NCBI RefSeq assembly: GCF_036365525.1
Contig: NC_090378.1
Span: 123,117,593-123,181,592, forward strand
DNA from: Heterodontus francisci
Lineage: Eukaryota
Length of the DNA: 64,000 nucleotides
Reading direction: 5' to 3'
Shown here: positions 39,101-52,189 of the stretch, in pieces
Position numbering within the stretch: the stretch's first letter is position 1
Layout of the letters: each line of letters starts with the position of its first letter
Translations under genes and position numbers: made by a program
Notes under the pieces: model-generated
What the model was told of the DNA's origin: nothing
The model's database searches: none
What the model saw: only the letters and a program-made list of their open reading frames with translations

Positions 39101-42100
39101 TGTATTGGATAATTGGAGCCATGGCTGGAGACTGCACTGGATGAATGGAGCCCTGGCTGGAGACTGCACTGGATGAATGGGGCCCTGACTGGAGACTGCA
39201 AAGGATGAATGGAGCCTTGGCTGGAGACTGCACTGGATGAATGGAGCCCTGGCTGGAGACTGCACTGGATGAATGGAGCCCTGGCTAGAGACTGCACTGG
39301 ATGAATGGAGCCCTGGCTAGAGACTGCACTGGATGAATGGAGCCCAGGCTGGAGACTGCACTGGATGAATGGAGCCCTGGCTAATGACTGCAAAGGATGA
39401 ATGGAGCCCTGGCTGGAGACTGCACTGGATGAATGGAGCCCTGGCTAGAGACTGCACTGGATGAATGGAGCCCTGACTGGAGACTGCACTGGATGAATCG
39501 AACCCTGGCTGAAAAATAAACTGGATGAATGGAGCCCTGACTGGAGACGGCACTAGATGAATCGAGCCCTGGCTGAAGACTGAACTGGATGAATGGAGCC
39601 CTGGCTGGAGACTGCACTGGATGAATAGAGCCCTGGATAGAGACTGCATTGGATGAATGGAGCCATGGCTGGAGACTGCAATGGATGAATGGAGCCTTGG
39701 CTGGAGACTGCACTGGATGAATGGAGCTCTGGCTGGAGACTGCACTGGATGAATGGAGCCCTGACTGGAGACTGCACTGGATGAATGGAGCCCTGACTGG
39801 AGACTGCACTGGATGAATGGAGCCCTGGCTGGAGACTGCACTGGATGAATGGAGCCCTGGCTAGAGACTGCACTGGATGAATGGAGCCTTGGCTGGAGAC
39901 GGCACTGGATGAATGGAGCCCTGGCTGGAGACTGCACTGGATGAATGGAGCCCTGGCTGGAGACTGCACTGGATGAATGGAGCCCTGGCTGGAGACTGCA
40001 CTGGATGAATGGAGCCCTGACTGGAGAATGCACTGGATGAATTGAACCCTGGCTGAAGACTGAACTGGATGAATGGTGCCCTGACTGGAGACTGCACTGG
40101 ATGAATGGAGCCCTGACTGCAGACTGCACTGGATGAATGGAGCCTTGACCGGAGACTGCACTGGATGAATGGAGCCCTGGATGGAGACTGCACTGGATGA
40201 ATGGAGCCCTGGCTGAAGACTGAACCGAATGAATGGAGCCCTGACTGCAGACGGCACTGGATGAATGGAGCCCAGGCTGAAGACTGAACTGGATGAATGG
40301 AGCCCTGGCTGGAGACTGCACTGGATGAATGGAGCCCTGGCTAGAGACTGCATTGGATGAATGGAGCCATGGCTGGAGACTGCACTGGATGAATGGAGCC
40401 TTGGCTAGAGACGGCACTGGATGAATGGAGCCCTGGCTGGAGACTGCACTGGATGAATGGAGCTCTGGCTGGAGACTGCACTGGATGAATGGAGCCCTGG
40501 CAGGAGACTGCACTGGATGAATGGAGCCCTGACCATACACTGCACTGGATGAATGGAGCCCTGGTTAGAGACTGCATTGGATAATTGGAGCCATGGCTGG
40601 AAACTGCACTGGATGAATGGAGCCCTGGCTAGAGACTGCACTGGATGAATGGAGCCCTGGCTAGAGACTGCACTGGATGAATGGAGCCCTGGCTAGAGAC
40701 TGCACTGGATGAATGGAGCCCAGGCTGGAGACTGCACTGGATGAATGGAGCCCTGGCTAGAGACTGCACTGGATGAATGGAGCCCTGGCTGGAGACTGCA
40801 CTGGATGACTGGAGCCCTGGCTAGAGACTGCACTGGATGAATGGAGCCCTGACTGGAGACGGCACTGGATGAATCGAACCCTGGCTGAAAAATAAACTGG
40901 ATGAATGGAGCCCTGACTGGAGACGGCACTAGATGAATCGAGCCCTGGCTGAAGACTGAACTGGATGAATGGAGCCCTGGCTGGAGACTGCACTGGATGA
41001 ATAGAGCCCTGGATAGAGACTGCATTGGATGAATGGAGCAATGGCTGGAGACTGCAATGGATGAATGGAGCCTTGGCTGGAGACTGCACTGGATGAATGG
41101 AGCTCTGGCTGGAGACTGCACTGGATGAATGGAGCCCTGACTGGAGACTGCACTGGATGAATGGAGCCCTGACTGGAGACGGCACTGGATGAATGGAGCC
41201 CTGGCTTGAGACTGCACTGGATGAATGGAGCCCTGGCTAGAGACTGCACTGGATGAATGGAGCCTTGGCTGGAGACGGCACTGGATGAATGGAGCCCTGG
41301 CTGGAGACTGCACTGGATGAATGGAGCTCTGGCTGGAGACTGCACTGGATGAATGGAGCCCTGACTGGAGACTGCACTGGATGAATGGAGCCCTGAGTGG
41401 AGACTGCACTGGATGAATGGAGCCCTGGCTGGAGACTGCACTGGATGAATGGAGCCCTGGCTAGAGACTGCACTGGATGAATGGAGCCTTGGCTGGAGAT
41501 GGCACTGGATGAATGGAGCCCTGGCTGGAGACTGCACTGGATGAATGGAGCCCTGGCTGGAGACTGCACTGGATGAATGGAGCCCTGGCTGGAGACTGAA
41601 CTGGATGAATGGAGCCCTGACTGGAGACGGCACTGGATGAACGGAGCCCTGACTGGAGACTGAACTGGATGAATGGAGCCCTGACTGGAGACGGCACTGG
41701 ATGAACGGAGCGCTGACTGGAGACGGCACTGGATGAATGGAGCCCTGGCTGGAGACTGCACTGGATGAATGGAGCCTTGACCGTAGACTGCACTGGATGA
41801 ATGGAGCCCTGGCTGGAGACTGCACTGGATGAATGGAGCCCTGACTGGAGACGGCACTGGATGAATCGAGCCCTGACTGAAGACTGAACTGGATGAATGG
41901 AGCCCTGACTGGAGACTGCACTGGATGAACGGAGCCCTGACTGGAGACTGCACTGGATGAATGGAGCCTTGACCGGCGACTGCACTGGATGAATGGAGCC
42001 CTGGCTGGAGACTGCACTATATGAATGGAGCCCTGGTTAGAGACTGCATTGGATAATTGGAGCCATGGCTGGAAACTGCACTGGATGAATGGAGCCTTGG

Positions 42101-45100
42101 CTGGAGACTGCACTGGATGAATGGAGCCCTGGCTGGAGACTGCACTGGATGAATGGAGCCCTGGCTAAGGACTGCACTGGATGAATGGAGCATTGACTGG
42201 AGACTGCACTGGATGAATGGAGCCCTGGCTGGAGACTGCACTGGATGAATGGAGCCCTGGCGAGAGACTGCACTGGATGAATGGAGCCTTGGCTGGAGAC
42301 GGCACTGGATGAATGGAGCCCTGGCTGGAGACTGCACTGGATGAATGGAGCCCTGGCTAGAGACTGCACTGGATGAATGGTGCCCTGACTGGAGACTGCA
42401 CTGGATGAACGGAGCCCTGACTGGAGACTGCACTGGATGAATGGAGCCTTGACCGGAGACTGCACTGGATGAATGGAGCCCTGGCTAGAGACTGCACTGG
42501 ATGAATGGAGCCCAGGCTGGAGACTGCACTGGATGAATGGAGCCCTTGCTAGAGACTGCACTGGATGAATGGAGCCCTGGCTGGAGACTGCACTGGATGA
42601 ATGGAGCCCTGGCTAGAGACTGCACTGGATGAATGGAGCCCTGACTGGAGACGGCACTGGATGAATGGAGCCCTGGCTGAAGACTGAACTGGATGAATGG
42701 AGCCGTGGCTGGAGACTGCACTGGATGAATGGAGCCCTGGCTAGAGACTGCATTGGATGAATGGAGCCCTGGCTAGAGACTGCACTGGATGAATGGAGCC
42801 CTGGCTAGAGACTGCACTGGATGAATGGAGCCCAGGCTGGAGACTGCACTGGATGAATGGAGCCCTTGCTAGAGACTGCACTGGATGAATGGAGCCCTGG
42901 CTGGAGACTGCACTGGATGAATGGAGCCCTGGCTAGAGACTGCACTGGATGAATGGAGCCCTGACTGGAGACGGCACTGGATGAATCGAATGCTGGCTGA
43001 AGACTGAACTGGATGAATGGAGCCCTGACTGGAGAAGGCACTGGATGAACGGAGCCCTGACTGGAGACTGCACTGGATGAATGCAGCCTTGACCAGAGAC
43101 TGCACTGGATGAATGGAGCCCTGGCTAGAGACTGCACTGGATGAATGGAGCCCTGGCTGAAAAATAAACTGGATGAATGGAGCCCTGACTGGAGACGGCA
43201 CTAGATGAATCGAGCCCTGGCTGAAGACTGAACTGGATGAATGGAGCCCTGGCTGGAGACTGCACTGGATGAATAGAGCCCTGGATAGAGACTGCATTGG
43301 ATGAATGGAGCCATGGCTGGAGACTGCAATGGATGAATGGAGCCTTGGCTGGAGACTGCACTGGATGAATGGAGCTCTGGCTGGAGACTGCACTGGATGA
43401 ATGGAGCCCTGACTGGAGACTGCACTGGATGAATGGAGCCCTGACTGGAGACTGCACTGGATGAATGGAGCCCTGGCCGGAGACTGCACTGGATGAATGG
43501 AGATCTGGCAGGAGACTGCACTGGATGAATGGAGCCCTGACTGGAGACTGCACTGGATGAATGGAGCCCTGACTGGAGACTGCACTGGATGAATGGAGCC
43601 CTGGCTGGAGACTGCACTGGATGAATGGAGCCCTGGCTAGAGACTGCACTGGATGAATGGAGCCTTGGCTGGAGACGGCACTGGATGAATGGAGCCCTGG
43701 CTGGAGACTGCACTGGATGAATGGAGCCCTGGCTGGAGACTGCACTGGATGAATGGAGCCCTGGCTGGAGACTGAACTGGATGAATGGAGCCCTGACTGG
43801 AGACGGCACTGGATGAACGGAGCCCTGACTGGAGACGGCACTGGATGAATGGAGCCCTGGCTGGAGACTGCACTGGATGAATGGAGCCTTGACCGGAGAC
43901 TGCACTGGATGAATGGAGCCCTGGCTGGAGACTGCACTGGATGAATGGAGCCCTGACTGGAGACGGCACTGGATGAATCGAGCCCTGACTGAAGACTGAA
44001 CTGGATGAATGGAGCCCTGACTGGAGACTGCACTGGATGAACGGAGCCCTGACTGGAAACTGCACTGGATGAATGGAGCCTTGACCGGCGACTGCCCTGG
44101 ATGAATGGAGCCCTGGCTGGAGACTGCACTATATGAATGGAGCCGTGGTTAGAGACTACATTGGATAATTGGAGCCATGGCTGGAAACTGCACTGGATGA
44201 ATGGAGCCTTGGCTGGAGACTGCACTGGATGAATGGAGCTCTGGCTGGAGACTGCACTGGATGAATGGAGCCCTGGCTAAGGACTGCACTGGATGAATGG
44301 AGCCCTGACTGGAGACTGCACTGGATGAATGGAGCCCTGGCTGGAGACTGCACTGGATGAATGGAGCCCTGGCGAGAGACTGCACTGGATGAATGGAGCC
44401 TTGGCTGGAGACGGCACTGGATGAATGGAGCCCTGGCTGGAGACTGCACTGGATGAATGGAGCCCTGGCTAGAGACTGCACTGGATGAATGGAGCCCTGG
44501 CTCGAGACTGCACTGGATGAATGGAGCCCTGACTGGAGAATGCACTGGATGAATTGAACCCTGGCTGAAGACTGAACTGGATGAACGGAGCCCTGACTGG
44601 AGACTGCACTGGATGAATGGAGCCCTGGCTGCAGACTGCACTGGATGAATGGAGCCCTGGCTGGAGACGGCACTGGATGAATGGAGCCCTGGCTAGAGAC
44701 TGCACTGGATGAATGGAGCCCTGGCTGGAGACGGCACTGGATGAATGGAGCCCTGGCTAGAGACTGCACTGGATGAATGGAGCCCTGACTGGAGACGGCA
44801 CTGGATGAATCAAGCCCTGGCTAGAGACTGAACTGGATGAATGGAGCCCTGACTGGAGACTGCACTGGATGAATGGAGCCTTGACCGGAGACTGCACTGG
44901 ATGAATGGAGCCCTGGCTGGAGACTGCACTGGATGAATGGAGCCCTGGCTGAAGACTGAACTGGATGAATGGAGCCCTGACTGGAGACGGCACTGGATGA
45001 ATCGAGCCCTGGCAGAAGACTGAACTGGATGAATGGTGCCCTGACTGGAGACTGCACTGGATGAATGGAGCCCTGACTGGAGACTGCACTGGATGAATGG

Positions 45101-48100
45101 AGCCTTGACCGGAGACTGCACTGGATGAATGGAGCCCTGGATGGAGACTGCACTGGATGAATGGAGCCCTGGCTGAAGACTGAACCGAATGAATGGAGCC
45201 CTGACTGCAGACGGCACTGGATGAATGGAGCCCTGGCTGAAGACTGAACTGGATGAATGGAGCCCTGGCTGGAGACTGCACTGGATGAATGGAGCCCTGG
45301 CTAGAGACTGCATTGGATGAATGGAGCCATGGCTGGAGACTGCACTGGATGAATGGAGCCTTGGCTAGAGACGGCACTGGATGAATGGAGCCCTGGCTGG
45401 AGACTGCACTGGATGAATGGAGCTCTGGCTGGAGACTGCACTGGATGAATGGAGCCCTGGCAGGAGACTGCACTGGATGAATGGAGCCCTGACCATAGAC
45501 TGCACTGGATGAATGGAGCCCTGGTTAGAGATTGTATTGGATAATTGGAGCCATGGCTGGAGACTGCACTGGATGAATGGAGCCCTGGCTGGAGACTGCA
45601 CTGGATGAATGGGGCCCTGACTGGAGACTGCAAAGGATGAATGGAGCCTTGGCTGGAGACTGCACTGGATGAATGGAGCCCTGGCTGGAGACTGCACTGG
45701 ATGAATGGAGCCCTGGCTAGAGACTGCACTGGATGAATGGAGCCCTGGCTAGAGACTGCACTGGATGAATGGAGCCCAGGCTGGAGACTGCACTGGATGA
45801 ATGGAGCCATGGCTAATGACTGCAAAGGATGAATGGAGCCCTGGCTGGAGACTGCAATGGATGAATGGAGCCCTGGCTAGAGACTGCACTGGATGAATGG
45901 AGCCCTGACTGGAGACTGCACTGGATGAATCGAACCCTGGCTGAAAAATAAACTGGATGAATGGAGCCCTGACTGGAGACGGCACTAGATGAATCGAGCC
46001 CTGGCTGAAGACTGAACTGGATGAATGGAGCCCTGGCTGGAGACTGCACTGGATGAATAGAGCCCTGGATAGAGACTGCATTGGATGAATGGAGCCATGG
46101 CTGGAGACTGCAATGGATGAATGGAGCCTTGGCTGGAGACTGCACTGGATGAATGGAGCTCTGGCTGGAGACTGCACTGGATGAATGGAGCCCTGACTGG
46201 AGACTGCACTGGATGAATGGAGCCCTGACTGGAGACTGCACTGGATGAATGGAGCCCTGGCTGGAGACTGCACTGGATGAATGGAGCCCTGGCTAGAGAC
46301 TGCACTGGATGAATGGAGCCTTGGCTGGAGACGGCACTGGATGAATGGAGCCCTGGCTGGAGACTGCACTGGATGAATGGAACCCTGGCTGGAGACTGCA
46401 CTGGATGAATGGAGCCCTGGCTGGAGACTGCACTGGATGAATGGAGCCCTGACTGGAGAATGCACTGGATGAATTGAACCCTGGCTGAAGACTGAACTGG
46501 ATGAATGGTGCCCTGACTGGAGACTGCACTGGATGAATGGAGCCATGGCTGGAGACTGCACTGGATGAATGGAGCCTTGGCTAGAGACGGCACTGGATGA
46601 ATGGAGCCCTGGCTGGAGACTGCACTGGATGAATGGAGCTCTGGCTGGAGACTGCACTGGATGAATGGAGCCCTGGCAGGAGACTGCACTGGATGAATGG
46701 AGCCCTGACCATAGACTGCACTGGATGAATGGAGCCCTAGTTAGAGACTGCATTGGATAATTGGAGCCATGGCTGGAAACTGCACTGGATGAATGGAGCC
46801 TTGGCTGGAGACTGCACTGGATGAATGGAGCCCTGGCTGGAGACTGCACTGGATGAATGGAGCCCTGACTGGAGACTGCAAAGGATGAATGGAGCATTGG
46901 CTGGAGACTGCACTGGATGAATGGAGCCCTGGCTAGAGACTGCACTGGATGAATGGAGCCCTGGCTAGAGACTGCACTGGATGAATGGAGCCCTGGCTAG
47001 AGACTGCACTGGATGAATGGAGCCCAGGCTGGAGACTGCACTGGATGAATGGAGCCCTGGCTAGAGACTGCACTGGATGAATGGAGCCCTGGCTGGAGAC
47101 TGCACTGGATGACTGGAGCCCTGGCTAGAGACTGCACTGGATGAATGGAGCCCTGACTGGAGACGGCACTGGATGAATCGAACCCTGGCTGAAAAATAAA
47201 CTGGATGAATGGAGCCCTGACTGGAGACGGCACTAGATGAATCGAGCCCTGGCTGAAGACTGAACTGGATGAATGGAGCCCTGGCTGGAGACTGCACTGG
47301 ATGAATAGAGCCCTGGATAGAGACTGCATTGGATGAATGGAGCCATGGCTGGAGACTGCAATGGATGAATGGAGCCTTGGCTGGAGACTGCACTGGATGA
47401 ATGGAGCTCTGGCTGGAGACTGCACTGGATGAATGGAGCCCTGACTGGAGACTGCACTGGATGAATGGAGCCCTGACTGGAGACGGCACTGGATGAATGG
47501 AGCCCTGGCTTGAGACTGCACTGGATGAATGGAGCCCTGGCTAGAGACTGCACTGGATGAATGGAGCCTTGGCTGGAGACGGCACTGGATGAATGGAGCC
47601 CTGGCTGGAGACTGCACTGGATGAATGGAGCTCTGGCTGGAGACTGCACTGGCTGAATGGAGCCCTGACTGGAGACTGCACTGGATGAATGGAGCCCTGA
47701 GTGGAGACTGCACTGGATGAATGGAGCCCTGGCTGGAGACTGCACTGGATGAATGGAGCCCTGGCTAGAGACTGCACTGGATGAATGGAGCCTTGGCTGG
47801 AGATGGCACTGGATGAATGGAGCCCTGGCTGGAGACTGCACTGGATGAATGGAGCCCTGGCTGGAGACTGCACTGGATGAATGGAGCCCTGGCTGGAGAC
47901 TGAACTGGATGAATGGAGCCCTGACTGGAGACGGCACTGGATGAACGGAGCCCTGACTGGAGACTGAACTGGATGAATGGAGCCCTGACTGGAGACGGCA
48001 CTGGATGAACGGAGCGCTGACTGGAGACGGCACTGGATGAATGGAGCCCTGGCTGGAGACTGCACTGGATGAATGGAGCCTTGACCGGAGACTGCACTGG

Positions 48101-49598
48101 ATGAATGGAGCCCTGGCTGGAGACTGCACTGGATGAATGGAGCCCTGACTGGAGACGGCACTGGATGAATCGAGCCCTGACTGAAGACTGAACTGGATGA
48201 ATGGAGCCCTGACTGGAGACTGCACTGGATGAACGGAGCCCTGACTGGAGACTGCACTGGATGAATGGAGCCTTGACCGGCGACTGCACTGGATGAATGG
48301 AGCCCTGGCTGGAGACTGCACTATATGAATGGAGCCCTGGTTAGAGACTGCATTGGATAATTGGAGCCATGGCTGGAAACTGCACTGGATGAATGGAGCC
48401 TTGGCTGGAGACTGCACTGGATGAATGGAGCCCTGGCTGGAGACTGCACTGGATGAATGGAGCCCTGGCTAAGGACTGCACTGGATGAATGGAGCATTGA
48501 CTGGAGACTGCACTGGATGAATGGAGCCCTGGCTGGAGACTGCACTGGATGAATGGAGCCCTGGCGAGAGACTGCACTGGATGAATGGAGCCTTGGCTGG
48601 AGACGGCACTGGATGAATGGAGCCCTGGCTGGAGACTGCACTGGATGAATGGAGCCCTGGCTAGAGACTGCACTGGATGAATGGTGCCCTGACTGGAGAC
48701 TGCACTGGATGAACGGAGCCCTGACTGGAGACTGCACTGGATGAATGGAGCCTTGACCGGAGACTGCACTGGATGAATGGAGCCCTGGATGGAGACTGCA
48801 CTGGATGAATGGAGCCCTGGCTGAAGACTGAACTGGATGAATGGAGCCCTGACTGGAGACGGCACTGGATGAATGGAGCCCTGGCTGAAGACTGAACTGG
48901 ATGAATGGAGCCGTGGCTGGAGACTGCACTGGATGAATGGAGCCCTGGCTAGAGACTGCATTGGATGAATGGAGCCATGGCTGGAGACTGCACTGGATGA
49001 ATGGAGCCTTGGCTAGAGACGGCACTGGATGAATGGAGCCCTGGCTGGAGACTGCACTGGATGAATGGAGCTCTGGCTGGAGACTGCACTGGATGAATGG
49101 AGCCCTGGCTGGAGACTGCACTGGATGAATGGAGCCCTGACCATAGACTGCACTGGATGAATGGAGCCCTGGCTGGAGACTGCACTGGATGAATGGAGCC
49201 CTGGCTAGAGACTGCCCTGGATGAATGGAGCCTTGGCTGGAGACGGCACTGGATGAATGGAGCCCTGGCTGGAGACGGCACTGGATGAACGGAGCCCTGA
49301 CTGGAGACTGCACTGGATGAATGGAGCCCTGGCTGGAGACGGCACTGGATGAACGGAGCCCTGACTGGAGACTGCACTGGATGAATGGAACCCTGACTGG
49401 AGACTGCGCTGGATGAATGGAGCCCTGGCTGGAGACGGCACTGGATGAACGGAGCCCTGACTGGGGACTGCACTGGATGAATGGAGCCCTGGCTGGAGAC
49501 TGCACTGGATGAATGGAGCCCTAGCTGGAGACTGCACTGGATGAATGGAGCCCCGGCTGGAGACTGCACTGGATGAATTGCGCTCTGTCTGGAGACTG
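36162..49598. repeat. 32-bp minisatellite, ~420 copies (CTGGATGAATGGAGCCCTGGCTGGAGACTGCA)
   Basis: Direct reading. 49588-36180 = 13408 = exactly 419x32. Higher-order periods of 6432 and 6304 bp. Confidence 0.99.
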
Positions 49599-49729
49599 AT
49601 GAGTATAAACGTTACTGCAAACACTGAGCCATGGCTGATACTTTACATGCAGCAAGGGTTCGAGTGTAATTCCACCATTGTATTAGAAATTGGGCAGGAA
49701 CAGGCGCACTCCGGATCTATAGACTCCTG

Positions 49730-50170
49730 TCTTCAATGACTGAGCATCCACTGCTCTCTGGGAAACAGAATTCCAAAGATTCACAACCCCTTGAGTTGAA
49801 GAACTTTATCCTGATCTCAGTCCGAAATGGCCGACCCCTTATTCTGAGACTGTGACCCCTAGTTCTAGATTCCCCAGCCAGGGGAAAACATCCTCCCAGT
49901 ATCTACCCTGTCAATCACATTAAAAATTGTATATCTTTCAATCAGATCACCTCTCATTCTTCTACATTTCAGGGAATAATATCCCAGTCTACTCAATCTC
50001 TCCTCATAGGACAATCCCCGCATCCCAGGAATCAATCTGGTGAATCTTTGCTGCTCTCCTTCCAAGGCCAGAATATCCTTCCTTTGGTCAAGAGACCAAA
50101 ACTGGCCACAGTTCTCCAGGTGTGGTCTCAGCAAGGTCCGATCCAACTGCAATAAGACTTCTTCACTCTT
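49730..50170 (-). mobile_element. CR1 3' RT fragment
   Basis: LLRPHLENCGQFWS...RFTRLIPGMRGLSYEERL...RMRGDLIE. Confidence 0.9.
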
Positions 50171-50600
50171 CCATGTACAAGAGCTGACACAGAGTCTCTG
50201 TCTCCATCTCACTCCCTCTCACTCCCTCTCTCTCTCTCTCCATCTCACTCTCTCTTTTTCTCTCTCTCAATCTCTATCCCATCTTCTACCTCTGAAGGTG
50301 TTCTATGGATGTGAGTGTTTAATATAAGGTGGTGTTTGTCAGTATATTTTCACTGCTGTATGGTTTATGAACATGGTGAGAGGGGATTAGGGATCTGTTC
50401 TTTGATTTGAGGCAGTGATGTCTGTCCCAGTGACTCAGACTGTGATGCTGTTGTTTTCTGTGACTGACACTATGATATCGATTGTAATTTCACTCAGTGT
50501 GACAGGAGGTTACATTGCTTGATCAGTGGTGAGGGCGGAGCAGACTGAACAAGGAGCTGTCATCATCAGTCACTGCCGAACACCTTCACACACACCGCAC

Positions 50601-50656
50601 CGTCCGGAAACTTCTTCACTAAATATTCTTTCAGCTCCTTAATTACAGCCCTGGAT
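50601..50656 (-). pseudogene. Candidate 56-nt exon A (SRAVIKELKEYLVKKFPD)
   Basis: Very strong acceptor gtctttctctttttcccttttcag|; only one open frame; donor ACG|gtgcgg (phase 1). Read-through would end GAVCVKVFGSD* at 50566. Confidence 0.55.
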
Positions 50657-50904
50657 CTGAAAAGGGAAAAAGAGAAAGACATCTTTTAGAGACGGTCAAT
50701 GGACACAATGCAGACTGTGCATTACCCACGAATGACACTACGTCCACATTTAACTCATTGTTTAAACTCCAGCACACCTCCTGTTCCAATCCACATGTTT
50801 CAGCCAAAGAGCCGTATAATTCTACAGCACAGGAGGAGGCCGTTCAGACTCTCGTCTCTCTGCCAGCTGTTTGCTCGAGTAATTCACGACTAACATCTCA
50901 GTTT

Positions 50905-51690
50905 AATATCTGTTGTGGGGAAGTTATTTGAATCTGGTATTAGGGACAGAATGACTGACAAATAGAAACTGATCAGAGAGAGTCAGCACGGATTTAAAAA
51001 GGGTGAAACATGTTTAACTAATCGAGTTGTATTTTTTGAAGAGGTCACTAATGTGGTAGATAAGGGAATGTCTATGGATGTTATTTATATGGATTTCCAG
51101 AAGGCATTTGAGAAGGTTCCACACAAGAGACTGTTCGCAAAATAGAAGCATATGGAATGTGAGGAAACCTTTTGACATGGGTAAGGAATTGGTTAGGAGG
51201 TAGGAGACAGAGAGTAGGGATAATGTGAGGCAAGATGAGGCAACATCGAGGTGTTGCTGGAACAGGAGCCAATGTAGGTCAGTGATCACAGTGATGGGGG
51301 AATGTGAATTCAGGGGTGATCTCATTGAGGTATTTAAGATGAATAAAGGATTAAGATGATTCGGAGAGATGGCGAGAAACTGTTTCCTCTGGTGGGGGAG
51401 TCGAGAACAAGGGGACATAATCTTAATATTAGAGCTCGGGGTGATGTCAGGAGGCATTTCTTCACATAAAGGCGAGTGGAAATCGGGAACTCTCTCCCTC
51501 ATAAAGCTGTTGAGGCTGAAGATCAATTTAAACATTTAACAATGAGCTTGATAGATTTTGTTGGGTCGGGGTATTGTGGGGTATGGGACCAAGGCAGGGA
51601 GATGGAGATCAGATACAGATCAGATGATCTAACTGGAGGATAGAACAGGCTCGATGGGCTGAACAGCCTCCTCCTGTTCCTATATTCCCA
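50905..51690 (+). mobile_element. Decayed CR1 RT and 3' end fragments
   Basis: SQHGFKKG..CLTN..FFEEVT, MDFQKAFEKVPH, GDLIEVFK, then a 3' UTR. Confidence 0.85.
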
Positions 51691-52189
51691 ATCCCACTAC
51701 CCTGCTCTATCCCCATAGTCCTGTATTCTCCTCAGATTCACATGTTTATTGAATACAATTTGAATAAAAACCTGAAGTTTAATCCCCGAGAGGCTGCTGA
51801 ATGTTTAGTGAATTCTCGGTTTTGATTTCAGATTTCTACTATCTGTAGTTTTTAGTTTCCAAACGCTGTTGATTGTTTTAATTCAAGGGTTTATCGATCT
51901 GCATTTCCACTTTCAAGGAATGATGTAATTGAACCCGAGATCTCTCTGCTTCTACACATCCTTCATCAGCTTTTCACTCCTTTTCCTTCCAAAACCCATC
52001 ATCTCAAACCCCTCGCCATTGAATTGTGTCAGTCTCCGATCTGTCCCTTCCCTGATCCCTCTCCCCGAGTCTTTGTCTCTTCTCCTCCCTGTTTGTCAAA
52101 CCTCTCCTTCTGTGTAATCAGCACATTCCAATGATCGTGCTCCCTCTGTCCAAGACCAAATCATCGATATATATCAGCAACAAGTCACC

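Noticed and set aside
11391-49598. CRISPR arrays (32- and 36-bp repeats)
   Set aside because: Units are head-to-tail with no spacers, there are no cas genes, and the context is vertebrate.
36150-49624. Overlapping minus-strand ORFs (QSPARAPFIQCSLQPGLHSSSAVSSQGSIHPV)n
   Set aside because: Frame-cycling translation of a 32-bp repeat, frequently broken by TAG variants.
50566-50656. Nucleotidyltransferase/OAS-like 'FGS' motif in the read-through of exon A
   Set aside because: A stop follows immediately with no DxD motif, and a plausible donor lies upstream of the motif.
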